A stretch of 11,826 bases of DNA. It comes from Candidatus Aegiribacteria sp. (GTDB lineage: Bacteria > Fermentibacterota > Fermentibacteria > Fermentibacterales > JCC-6). Under the pieces are notes generated by a model that saw only the letters and a program-made list of their open reading frames with translations, had not been told where the DNA came from and did not search any database. The DNA lies in contig JAWOBF010000132.1 in the NCBI GenBank assembly GCA_046498225.1, positions 1 through 11,826 of the forward strand, given 5' to 3'. The position numbers and the translations under genes were made by a program. Of this stretch, positions 1 through 8,511 are shown one piece after another (within the stretch, counting starts at the first letter, position 1; every line of letters starts with the position of its first letter).

Positions 1-1
1 T

Positions 2-88
2 ATGAACGGTCAGACTCTCTGGCTGATAATATCGGGACTCATCTTCATCTACCTGGGGTACGTACTTATCCGTCCGGAGAAATTCTAG
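2..88 (+). CDS. kdpF: K+-transporting ATPase subunit F (KdpF), 28 aa MNGQTLWLIISGLIFIYLGYVLIRPEKF
   Basis: Translated by hand from ATG at 2 to TAG at 86-88. It is a single hydrophobic helix ending in the KdpF signature YLxYxLxxPEKF, directly upstream of kdpA. Upstream sequence is not visible, so the start is the first ATG seen. Confidence 0.93.
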   Translation: MNGQTLWLIISGLIFIYLGYVLIRPEKF

Positions 89-1822
89 GTGGCGGCAGCC
101 GTCATCCTTCCCCTGCTGCTGTTCATAGTCGTACTGGCCGGGCTGGTATACGTCCTGGGGGAGTACCTGGCGTGGGTGTTCCGGCGGGAGATGGATGCGG
201 AGGATTCCGCCGCCAGGCTCTCATTGCTGACAACGTATGTCGAGAAACCTTTCCTGGGACCCATTGAACGGTTCATCTACCGGATAACGGGAATTCAGAG
301 CAGCCGATCCATGGGGTGGAAGGAGTACTTCCTCTCCGGTTTTACGCTGAACATCGCCATGTTCGTCTTCCTCTACCTGGTCTTCATGCTCCAGGGGTCG
401 CTCCCCCTCAATCCTGATGGCATCCCGGGGACCAGCTGGCACCTGGCTTTCCACAACGTGGCGACCTTCATAACCAACACAAACCAGCAGCACTATTCCG
501 GGGAGGTCAGCCTGAGCTACTTCTCCCAGCTGTTCGCCGTGGTGCTTGCCATGTTCGTTTCCGCGGGTACCGGAATGGCCTACATGGTGGGTTTCGCCCG
601 GGGTCTGCTCAACAGGGAAGACCCCCGGCTGGGGAACTTCTACACGGCTCTGGTGAAATCGGTGGTGCGGTTCCTTCTTCCGCTGAGCCTCGTGGTGGCC
701 CTGGTCCTGATGGTGCAGGGCACTCCGCAGACCATGGAGGGCTCGGTGGAGGTGAGGACCCTGGAAGGGGCCGGCCAGGTGATAGCCCGTGGACCGGTGG
801 CGGCGCTGGAGGCCATCAAGATGGTGGGTACCAACGGAGGCGGTTTCTTCGGCGCCAACGCTTCTCACCCCTACGAGAATCCAACTCCATTCACGAACAT
901 GGTGCTGAACCTGGTCCTGCTGGCGGCACCCATGGCCACCGTCTACGCCTACGGTGTATGGATGCGCAAGAGGAAGCACGGTGTGGTGCTGCTTGCGGCG
1001 GTATCCATCATCATCGTGGTGCTGCTGGGAATGGCCGTCCATGGGGAGACAGGGGCCAATCCCGCTTTCGGTGAGCTGGGGCTGGACCAGACCGGGGGAA
1101 ACATGGAGGGAAAGGAGACCCGTTTCGGGCCCACGCTCAGCGCCCTGTGGGGAGTCTCCACCACATCCACCACCAGCGGCGCGGTCAATTCCATGCACGA
1201 CAGCTTTACTCCCATGGGACAGCTGGCGCTGTTCCTTGGCATGAGCATGAACTGCCTGGTGGCAGGAGTGGGGACAGGGCTGCTGAACCTGCTGACGTAT
1301 GTGCTGATATGCGTGTTCATAGGAGCCCAGATGGTAGGCCGGGCTCCCAGCTACCTGGGCAAGAGGGTGGAGCCGTTCGAGGTAAAGTGGGCGGCCATAA
1401 TAATACTGCTTCTGCCCACACTGGTGCTGTTCCCCACATCACTGGCCATCGTGACCGGAGCGGGCCGGGAAGGCATAACGAATTCCGGCTACCATGGACT
1501 GAGCCAGATCCTGTACGAGTACTTCTCCGTCGCGGCCAACAACGGCAGCGGGTTCGAGGGGCTCAGGGACAATACGGCGTTCTACAATCTTACCTGCGGG
1601 GCGGTCATTCTCCTGGCCAGATACGTGCCGATATTCCTGCAGATGGTCATAGCCGGCTCCTTCGCCCGTAAGAAGATACGCCCGGAAACCGCCGGCACCA
1701 TGAAGGTGGAGAGCCTGGCGTTCCTTATCCTATTCATCGGCGTCCTGATAATAATCAGCGGCCTGGTCTTCATTCCCGCCCTGGCCCTGGGACCCATCGC
1801 CGAGATCCTGATGGGGACGTGA
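89..1822 (+). CDS. kdpA: K+-transporting ATPase subunit A (KdpA)
   Basis: 577 aa polytopic membrane protein with four KdpA pore-loop segments: [38 protein letters not shown] and [10 protein letters not shown]. It also has [11 protein letters not shown] and the C-terminal [13 protein letters not shown] start with GGAG at 76-79. Confidence 0.98.
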   Translation: MAAAVILPLLLFIVVLAGLVYVLGEYLAWVFRREMDAEDSAARLSLLTTYVEKPFLGPIERFIYRITGIQSSRSMGWKEYFLSGFTLNIAMFVFLYLVFMLQGSLPLNPDGIPGTSWHLAFHNVATFITNTNQQHYSGEVSLSYFSQLFAVVLAMFVSAGTGMAYMVGFARGLLNREDPRLGNFYTALVKSVVRFLLPLSLVVALVLMVQGTPQTMEGSVEVRTLEGAGQVIARGPVAALEAIKMVGTNGGGFFGANASHPYENPTPFTNMVLNLVLLAAPMATVYAYGVWMRKRKHGVVLLAAVSIIIVVLLGMAVHGETGANPAFGELGLDQTGGNMEGKETRFGPTLSALWGVSTTSTTSGAVNSMHDSFTPMGQLALFLGMSMNCLVAGVGTGLLNLLTYVLICVFIGAQMVGRAPSYLGKRVEPFEVKWAAIIILLLPTLVLFPTSLAIVTGAGREGITNSGYHGLSQILYEYFSVAANNGSGFEGLRDNTAFYNLTCGAVILLARYVPIFLQMVIAGSFARKKIRPETAGTMKVESLAFLILFIGVLIIISGLVFIPALALGPIAEILMGT

Positions 1823-3852
1823 CCATGGGCAGGGAACAGATAATGCAGGCGCTCAGGGAATCGGTGGTCAAGCTGGACCCACGCTACCTTATCAAGAACC
1901 CCGTGCTGTTCGTGGTGGAGATAACAACGGTGATGGTGCTGATGATGACCATCACTCCCGGTTTCTTCGCCGGGGCGGAGAGCAGGGTCTATTACGGCGT
2001 GATAGCGGCTATACTGGTCTTTACTCTCCTGTTTGCCACCTTCGCCGAATCCCTGGCCCAGGCTCAGGGGGAAGCCCATACCGACAGCCTTCGAGCCATG
2101 AAGGAGGACATTCGGGCCAACCGCATAGAACGGGACGCGCCGCTGGACGATATCGATGCGGAGAGCTGCGAAGCGGTGGACGCGGAGGAGCTGAAAAAGG
2201 GAGACCTGGTACTTGTGGTCAAGGGCGAGACAGTCCCGAGGGACGGCACCATCGTGGAGGGCTCCGCTTCCATCGACGAGTCCGCGATCACCGGGGAGTC
2301 CGAACCGGCCATCCGCCAGAGCGGGACCGACCGCAGCTCGGTCACCGGCGGCACCGAGGTCCTCAGCGACAGGATAAAGGTGGAGATAAGCGTCGAGGCC
2401 GGGGAATCCTTCCTGGACAGGATGATAGGGCTTGTGGAGAGCGCCAGCAGGGAGAAGACGCCCAGCGAGGTGTCCCTAACCCTGCTCCTGGCCAGTTTCA
2501 CCTTCATCTACATGCTGGTGATATCCACCATGTCTTTCTTCGGCCGGTACGTGAACATGACGGTGGACGTGGCGAACCAGATAGCTCTGCTCATCGGCCT
2601 GATGCCCACCACTGTGGGCGCCCTGCTCTCGGCCATACGGATAGCCGGCATGACCCGTGTGACCAGGCACAACGTAATCGCCAAGTCCGGGAAGGCGGTG
2701 GAATCCGCCGGGGACCTGGACGTGCTGGTCCTGGACAAGACCGGCACAATTACCACCGGCGAGCGCGTAGCCACAGGCTTCATCCCGCTGGGCGGCAGCA
2801 GCGAGGAGGACGTGGCGGAGGCGGCCCTGAAGACGTCATTCTACGATGAGACCACGGAGGGACGATCCATAGTGGCGCTGGCGAGGAAGCAGGGTCTGCG
2901 GGTGAACGAGACCGACCTGCCGGAGGAGGGCTTCGTGGAGTTCTCCGCAAAGACGGGAATGAGCGGTATTGACCTGCCGGATGGGGTGGAGCTGCGGAAG
3001 GGATCGGTGGCGGCCGTCAGCGAGATGGCGGAGAGCGTTCCGGAGGACCTGGAGAAGACGGCCAACGAGATAGCGGACTCCGGCGGGACTCCCCTGGCGG
3101 TCTCGTCGAACGGAAGGATAATCGGGGTGATCCGTCTGCAGGACGAGCTGAAGGAAGGCATCCAGATGCGGATCGCCGAGATGCAGAAGATGGGAATAAA
3201 GGCGGTGATGTGTACCGGGGACAACGAAAGGACAGCGCGGTACATAGCAGAGAAGGCCGGCATCGATGAGTACTACGCCGATTTCAAGCCGGAGCAGAAG
3301 ATCAATTTAGTGAGGGAGATACGCGCGGCCGGCAACCTCGTGGGCATGACGGGTGACGGGACAAACGACGCCCCGGCCCTGGCGCAGGCCGATGTGGGGC
3401 TGGCCATGAACGCCGGCACGGTGGCCGCCAAGGAGGCGGGCAATATGGTGGACCTGGACTCCGACCCCACGAAGCTCATCGAAGTGGTGGGCATCGGCAA
3501 GCAGCTTCTCATGACACGGGGCTCGCTCACCACTTTCAGCATCGCCAACGACGTATCCAGGTACTTCGCGCTCGTCCCCGCCATCTTCTCCACCGGGGCC
3601 CCGATACTGGGCAAGATAAACCTGCTGAACCTCCATTCCGCACAGAGCACCATCATAGCTTCGCTGATATACAACGCCCTGATAATCCCTTTTCTCATTC
3701 CCCTGGCCATGCGCGGAGTGGAGTACAAGCCTGTAAGCGCCTCGAAGATGCTGACCAAGAACATGCTGGTGTACGGGGGCGCCGGTTTCATCGCCCCCTT
3801 CATAAGCATCAAGCTGCTTGACACCCTGCTGGTCAGCCTGGGATTCTTCTGA
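1819..3852 (+). CDS. kdpB: K+-transporting P-type ATPase subunit B (KdpB)
   Basis: Contains TGES, DKTGT (phosphorylated Asp), KGS, TGDN and [14 protein letters not shown], plus KdpB-specific NPVLFVVE and [14 protein letters not shown]. The start is either GTG 1819 (GTGA overlap with the kdpA stop) or ATG 1825 (GGGGA 7 nt upstream). Confidence 0.98.
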   Translation: MTMGREQIMQALRESVVKLDPRYLIKNPVLFVVEITTVMVLMMTITPGFFAGAESRVYYGVIAAILVFTLLFATFAESLAQAQGEAHTDSLRAMKEDIRANRIERDAPLDDIDAESCEAVDAEELKKGDLVLVVKGETVPRDGTIVEGSASIDESAITGESEPAIRQSGTDRSSVTGGTEVLSDRIKVEISVEAGESFLDRMIGLVESASREKTPSEVSLTLLLASFTFIYMLVISTMSFFGRYVNMTVDVANQIALLIGLMPTTVGALLSAIRIAGMTRVTRHNVIAKSGKAVESAGDLDVLVLDKTGTITTGERVATGFIPLGGSSEEDVAEAALKTSFYDETTEGRSIVALARKQGLRVNETDLPEEGFVEFSAKTGMSGIDLPDGVELRKGSVAAVSEMAESVPEDLEKTANEIADSGGTPLAVSSNGRIIGVIRLQDELKEGIQMRIAEMQKMGIKAVMCTGDNERTARYIAEKAGIDEYYADFKPEQKINLVREIRAAGNLVGMTGDGTNDAPALAQADVGLAMNAGTVAAKEAGNMVDLDSDPTKLIEVVGIGKQLLMTRGSLTTFSIANDVSRYFALVPAIFSTGAPILGKINLLNLHSAQSTIIASLIYNALIIPFLIPLAMRGVEYKPVSASKMLTKNMLVYGGAGFIAPFISIKLLDTLLVSLGFF

Positions 3853-4523
3853 TGGAAGAAAAAGGCCGTAAGGAGGACACGGAAGAAATGGTGAGCGAAG
3901 AGAGCGCGGCCGAGGAAGCCCGGGAGATACCCGTTCCCCAGCCGGTTTCGTGGCGGCGGCGGATTTCCACGTCCCTCAGGCTGCTGCTTTTCTTCGTGGT
4001 GGTCTGCTCGGCAGCCTATCCGGCCGTACTCCTTCTTGCCGGAGAGCTGTTCTGGGCGGAACAGGCCGGTGGCAGCATAGTGTACCTGCATGGCCGGCCT
4101 GCAGGCTCTGCGCTCATCGGCCAGCCTTTCCTCTCCGATACGTTCTTCCATCCCCGTCCGTCATTCAGGGGTTACGACGGCATGAACAGCGGTTCTCAGA
4201 ACCTCGGGCCCTACAACCCGGCCCTCACCGACAGGGTTGCGTCGAGGCTTGAAGAGCTGGAAGCGATGGGAATAGCCGGGGAGGATGTCCCGGTGGGGTG
4301 GGTGACCGAATCCGGTTCGGGGCTGGACCCGCACATCACACCGGGGGCTGCTTATCTTCAGATCCCCAGGGTAAGCGGGGCCACCGGCATTCCTGAGGAG
4401 GAACTTGAAAGCATGGTCCGGGAGCGGGAGGAAGGAAGGTTCGCCGGCATTTTCGGACAGGCAAGAGTGAACGTGCTGCTTCTCAACGTCGACGTCAGGC
4501 AGCGTCTGGAGGAACCATTATGA
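3852..4523 (+). CDS. kdpC: K+-transporting ATPase subunit C (KdpC)
   Basis: N-terminal TM helix followed by GSALIGQPF, FHPRPS, SGSQNLGP, VTESGSGLDPHI, LQIPRVS and RVNVLLLN. TGATG overlap with kdpB. An alternative ATG at 3888 follows AGGAGG at 3871-3876. Confidence 0.96.
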   Translation: MEEKGRKEDTEEMVSEESAAEEAREIPVPQPVSWRRRISTSLRLLLFFVVVCSAAYPAVLLLAGELFWAEQAGGSIVYLHGRPAGSALIGQPFLSDTFFHPRPSFRGYDGMNSGSQNLGPYNPALTDRVASRLEELEAMGIAGEDVPVGWVTESGSGLDPHITPGAAYLQIPRVSGATGIPEEELESMVREREEGRFAGIFGQARVNVLLLNVDVRQRLEEPL

Positions 4524-5413
4524 GTGAGGAACAGAGGGAGAGGGGAAGCACGGAAAACAGCAGCAGGAGCTACGACCATGTACTTATCAGCGTCTCCAAT
4601 CCGAATACTGCCGACCAGCTGGTTCTGCTGGGCAGGCGGCTTACGGACGCATCCTCGGTGCTGCACATAATGAACGTCACCACCGAGGCTCCCTTTCCAC
4701 AGCGCGCGGCTTCATGGAGGAAGAGCTCACAGCTGGTGATGGACATGACCCACTTCGCCACGAGGATGAGCAGGGTGGCCAAACCCCTGGCCGCCACGGC
4801 TCGGTCCATACCCGACGCCGTAGTGAAGGCGGCGAAGGACACCGGGGTGGGCCTGATAATAATGGGCTGGTTCGGGAGGGTTACACCGCTGGCGGTCAAG
4901 AAGAGCAGGGTGGTTAACAAGGTGCTGCACAGGGCTCCCTGCGACATCGCCATACTCAAGTCCCGAAACGATATCCAGGATATTCAAAGGATAATCCTGC
5001 CTGTGGGACAGAATGTACACGATAACCGGCTTGCCGTGGTCAGGACGCTTCGGCAGGAAGAACCCACGGAGGTTGTTCTGGTGCATGTCCTTCCGTCCGG
5101 TTCCGGGCTGGAAGAGGAGGAGGCACGGGAGGCGGTGGAAGAACAGGCCCGGCAGCTGGAAGGACCGGTGGAGGTCCGCCTGGTACACTCCGGTGATGTC
5201 GTGAGCGGTATCCTCAGCGTGGCCGACGAGAACGACCTGGTAGTAGTGGGTCCCGGAAGGGAGTGGGTCTTCAACAGGTTCCTGTTCGGTCATCACGCAG
5301 ACCGGATAAGCAACCGGGCGCCCTGCTCCGTCCTGCTGTACAAGTCCAGCGAGAAGAAGCTGGTGTCATGGTTCCGGGGTCTTTTCAAGACTCTTTTCCA
5401 CCGGTCATCCTGA
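4520..5413 (+). CDS. Tandem universal stress protein (USP) domain protein, KdpQ-like by position
   Basis: Two USP-like units. The first is HVLISVSNP...LIIMGW...VLHRAPCDIAILK; the second is RIILPVG...DLVVVG...FGHHADRISNRAPCSVLLYK. ATGA overlap with kdpC and GGAGG at 4508-4512. Confidence 0.88.
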   Translation: MSEEQRERGSTENSSRSYDHVLISVSNPNTADQLVLLGRRLTDASSVLHIMNVTTEAPFPQRAASWRKSSQLVMDMTHFATRMSRVAKPLAATARSIPDAVVKAAKDTGVGLIIMGWFGRVTPLAVKKSRVVNKVLHRAPCDIAILKSRNDIQDIQRIILPVGQNVHDNRLAVVRTLRQEEPTEVVLVHVLPSGSGLEEEEAREAVEEQARQLEGPVEVRLVHSGDVVSGILSVADENDLVVVGPGREWVFNRFLFGHHADRISNRAPCSVLLYKSSEKKLVSWFRGLFKTLFHRSS

Positions 5414-5476
5414 CCGCCTCCACACACCTCCCGCGGGAACGCGAGCGCAAGGTCCCGAAGAATTCCGGAAAACGAT

Positions 5477-5505
5477 TTGACACCTTCATGCTCACGGCCT
5501 ATTGT
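5477..5505 (+). promoter_or_regulatory. sigma70-type promoter for the kinase-regulator-trk block
   Basis: TTGACA (5477-5482), exactly 17 nt, then TATTGT (5500-5505). It lies in the only sizeable intergenic gap of the cluster, 43 nt before the kinase ATG. Confidence 0.75.
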
Positions 5506-5548
5506 TCCTTCTCAACGCTTTGCTTTCCCTTATCCGCCGGGGGGTGAA

Positions 5549-7408
5549 ATGTTCAAGAGCCTGCGCATCAAGATACTTCTCGGATACAGTATTACTCTCA
5601 TCCTGACTGTGGTCGTGATAGTCCTGGCGCTGATGAACATAGTCGACCTCGGCAACGCCACCGACGCCATACTGCAGGAGAATTACAGGAGCATCCTGGC
5701 GGCGGAGAACATGATAGACGCCATAGAGCGTCAGGACAGCGGACTGCTCCTCATGCTGCTGGGCTACGTTGAAGAGAACAAGGCTATGTTCCAGACCCAC
5801 GAATCCAATTTCCTGCAGTGGTTCGGAAGGGCGAGGGACAACGTTACCATCCGGGGAGAGCAGGAGATAATCGATTCCATAGACAGCCTGTACATGGACT
5901 ACCTGGGGAAGACTTCGGAGCTCAGGCTCCACATAGCCCGGGAAGACAGTACGGCCCCTCTGCTGTACCATGAATCGGTTCTTCCCTCCTTCATGTCGGT
6001 CCGGAACATGTGCGCCAGCCTGCGGGAGATAAACCAGAACACCATGTACAACGCGAGCCTGATAGCGGGTGAAGTGGCGGAACGGGCCATGTGGTCAATG
6101 GTGGTAATCGGAGCCATTGTGATAATCGTCGGCGTGGGATTCAGCCTGTTCCTGTCCAAGCTGCTGGTAAGGCCTCTCCGTCAGATGCTGGAAGCCACCA
6201 AAGAGATCGCTTCGGGCAGCTACAACATCAACATCAGGACAAAGAGCAGGGACGAGGTGGGAAAACTGGCGGAAGGCTTCAACACCATGGCCAGGGAACT
6301 CAAGCTGTACAGCGAAATGAACATCGAGCAGATACTGGCGGAGAAGCACAAGAGCGAGGCGGTTCTGCGGAACATAGATGACGGCGTCATTCTCATCGAT
6401 GCGGATTCCACCGTTACCGCGATAAACCCATCGGCAGCCGAAGCGCTCTCCGTAGGCATCGATCAGGTCGGGGGAACACACGCCCTCGAGATAATCAAGA
6501 ACGACAGGCTGTACGAGATGATCAAGAGGACCATAGAAACAGGGGAGGCTCCGGCCATCGGAAGGGAGGAGAGGATAATCTCCCTCGGTGGAGAAGAGAA
6601 GGGAAAGACCTACCAGTTCAACATCACTCCCATCAAGACCAAGCGCAACGCTCTGATAGGAGTCGTACTCCAGCTCAGGGACATCACTCATTTCAGGGAG
6701 CTGGACAGGCTGAAGAGCGAATTCGTCATGACAGCTTCCCACGAGCTCAGGACGCCCCTCACCAGCATGGAGATGTCGATCTCGCTGCTGAAGGAGGGCA
6801 CGGAAAGCAAGCTCTCCGACAAGGAGAAGGAACTTCTGAACGCCGCCGATGAGGATGTTCACCGTCTCAAGAGCCTCGTGAACGACCTTCTTGATCTTTC
6901 CAGGATCGAGTCGGGCAAGATAGAGATGGAGTTCGACAGGGTCGACCCCGCCATGCTCCTGGAGAAGGCGGAAGCCGCCCTGACCGTCTCCGCTGAAGAG
7001 CGGAAGGTGGAACTGAGAAGAACCGCGAGGGAAGACCTGCCTCCGGTGAAGGCCGATCCCAACAAGATAACCTGGGTGCTGACCAACCTCGTCTCGAACG
7101 CTCTGAGGTACACGGGGGAAGACGGTGTCATCGAGCTCAAGGCCGTGGCCGCCGGCCCCCAGGTCCAGATAAGCGTCAGCGACAACGGAGCCGGCATTCC
7201 CTACGAGCAGCAGTCGCGGATATTCGACAAGTTCGCTCAGGTAAAGGGTGATGCCAGAGCCGGTGGAAGCGGGCTGGGCCTTGCCATCTGCAGGGAGATA
7301 GTCCGCGCCCACGGAGGAACCATCTGGGTGGATTCCGTCCCCGGCGAGGGGAGCACTTTCAGTTTTACCCTCCCGGTTTACAGAGAAAAATCAAAGGAGA
7401 AGGCATGA
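5549..7408 (+). CDS. Membrane sensor histidine kinase (TM - extracytoplasmic helical sensor - TM - HAMP - PAS - HisKA - HATPase_c)
   Basis: Two TM helices, HAMP (RPLRQM...DEVGKLAEGFNTM), PAS (DDGVILIDADSTVTAINPSA), H-box ASHELRTPL, N-box NLVSNALRY and G-boxes DNGAGI and GSGLGLAI. I moved the start from the track's TTG 5477, which is the -35 box, to ATG 5549 after GGGGTGA. Confidence 0.93.
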   Translation: MFKSLRIKILLGYSITLILTVVVIVLALMNIVDLGNATDAILQENYRSILAAENMIDAIERQDSGLLLMLLGYVEENKAMFQTHESNFLQWFGRARDNVTIRGEQEIIDSIDSLYMDYLGKTSELRLHIAREDSTAPLLYHESVLPSFMSVRNMCASLREINQNTMYNASLIAGEVAERAMWSMVVIGAIVIIVGVGFSLFLSKLLVRPLRQMLEATKEIASGSYNINIRTKSRDEVGKLAEGFNTMARELKLYSEMNIEQILAEKHKSEAVLRNIDDGVILIDADSTVTAINPSAAEALSVGIDQVGGTHALEIIKNDRLYEMIKRTIETGEAPAIGREERIISLGGEEKGKTYQFNITPIKTKRNALIGVVLQLRDITHFRELDRLKSEFVMTASHELRTPLTSMEMSISLLKEGTESKLSDKEKELLNAADEDVHRLKSLVNDLLDLSRIESGKIEMEFDRVDPAMLLEKAEAALTVSAEERKVELRRTAREDLPPVKADPNKITWVLTNLVSNALRYTGEDGVIELKAVAAGPQVQISVSDNGAGIPYEQQSRIFDKFAQVKGDARAGGSGLGLAICREIVRAHGGTIWVDSVPGEGSTFSFTLPVYREKSKEKA

Positions 7409-8070
7409 TGGAGGATAAACGGATCCTGATAATAGACGACGAGAAGAACATTCGGCTCACCCTCTCCCACGCCATAGAGCCGATGGGTTTTTCCGTGGAC
7501 TCGGCGGTGAACGGTGAGGAAGGCCTGGAGAAGATAGCGGAGAACGACTACGACATCATCCTGCTGGACCTGAAGATGCCCGGAATGGACGGCCTGGAGG
7601 TCCTGCGCCGCCTGAGGGAGATCTCAGAAGGTGTCAGGGTGATAATCATTACAGCGTACGGGACCATCGAGAATGCCGTTGAGGCGATGAAGCAGGGAGC
7701 GGTGGACTACATTCAGAAGCCGTTCTCGCCTAAAGAGATAAGGGACATCATAAGCGACATCGCGGGCCGGGAATCCCTCTCCGAGAAAGACGCGGAAAGC
7801 TACGATGACCTGATACAGCTGGGCAAGAAGGCCGTAACGGACCGGGATTTCCCGCGGGCCATGGAGATTATCGGCAGGGCCATAGCGAAGGACCCCACCA
7901 AGGCCGAAGCCCTGAACCTGCTGGGTGTCCTCTTCGAGTTCCAGGGCAAGAAGGCCGAGGCGAGGAAGCAGTACCTGGCCGCCACAGATATCGACCCGAC
8001 ATACAAGCCGGCCCAGAAGAACCTGGATCGGATAACCGGAAGCTCCTCCCAGAGCGGCCTGGACTGGTAG
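7405..8070 (+). CDS. Response regulator, receiver domain plus C-terminal TPR-like repeats
   Basis: REC motifs ILIIDDE, LLDLKMP (phospho-Asp), IITAYG and YIQKPF. The C-terminus has a TPR pattern (AIAKDPTKAEALNLLGVLFEFQGKKAEARKQYLAATDIDPTYKPA). ATGA overlap with the kinase and AAGGAG at 7394-7399. Confidence 0.9.
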   Translation: MMEDKRILIIDDEKNIRLTLSHAIEPMGFSVDSAVNGEEGLEKIAENDYDIILLDLKMPGMDGLEVLRRLREISEGVRVIIITAYGTIENAVEAMKQGAVDYIQKPFSPKEIRDIISDIAGRESLSEKDAESYDDLIQLGKKAVTDRDFPRAMEIIGRAIAKDPTKAEALNLLGVLFEFQGKKAEARKQYLAATDIDPTYKPAQKNLDRITGSSSQSGLDW

Positions 8071-8076
8071 CCGAGG

Positions 8077-8511
8077 GTGGACGGGACCCCTCGTTTCGTG
8101 GTCATCGCGGGCTGCGGCCGGTTCGGTTCCTACCTGGCCAACAATCTCAGCAGGAGCGGCTGCAGCGTGGTGGTGGTGGATATAGATCCCTCTGCCTTTC
8201 TCGAACTCACCGACGAGTTCAGCGGGTTCAAGGTGGAGGGGGAGATAACCGAGATAGCGCTTCTCAGGAGGACGAAGCTGGAAGAGGCCGACGTCTTCAT
8301 CGCCGCCACCCGCGAGGATAATGTCAATCTGATGGTAACACAGATAGCGCGGGAGATCTTCGGGGTCAGCGAGGTCTACGCGAGGGTGAACGATCCCAAC
8401 CGCAGAGAGGTCTTCGAGGAGATGAACATCATGACCATCTGTCCCGTCATCGTTTCAGGTGACGCGCTGCTCAGGGAGCTGGGGGTGGAGGATGATAGGC
8501 AAATCCCTTGA
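8077..8511 (+). CDS. TrkA-N (RCK_N-only) potassium-transport regulatory protein
   Basis: Rossmann motif VIAGCGRFG, then VVVVD, ADVFIAATREDNVNL and ARVNDP. At 144 aa it has no RCK_C domain. The start codon is uncertain because the SD is poor. Confidence 0.87.
   Translation: MDGTPRFVVIAGCGRFGSYLANNLSRSGCSVVVVDIDPSAFLELTDEFSGFKVEGEITEIALLRRTKLEEADVFIAATREDNVNLMVTQIAREIFGVSEVYARVNDPNRREVFEEMNIMTICPVIVSGDALLRELGVEDDRQIP

Noticed and set aside
221..1198. 325-aa minus-strand ORF, and the other antisense or alternate-frame ORFs inside kdpABC and the USP gene
   Set aside because: They are shadows of well-supported genes in GC-rich DNA, with no recognisable motifs and implausible composition.
5539..5544. 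K+-sensing G-quadruplex in the kinase leader
   Set aside because: There is only a single G6 run, not four G-tracts.
5477..5548. 24-aa N-terminal extension of the kinase from a TTG start
   Set aside because: The TTG is the -35 hexamer. ATG 5549 has an SD and gives a typical short N-terminus before TM1.
6095..7312. 405-aa minus-strand ORF opposite the kinase
   Set aside because: It is a codon-register antisense shadow of the kinase and has no domain signal.
5549..8070. Calling the kinase/regulator pair kdpD/kdpE
   Set aside because: The domain architectures do not match: there is no KdpD/USP/GAF region or four-TM bundle, and the regulator has TPRs instead of an OmpR winged helix.
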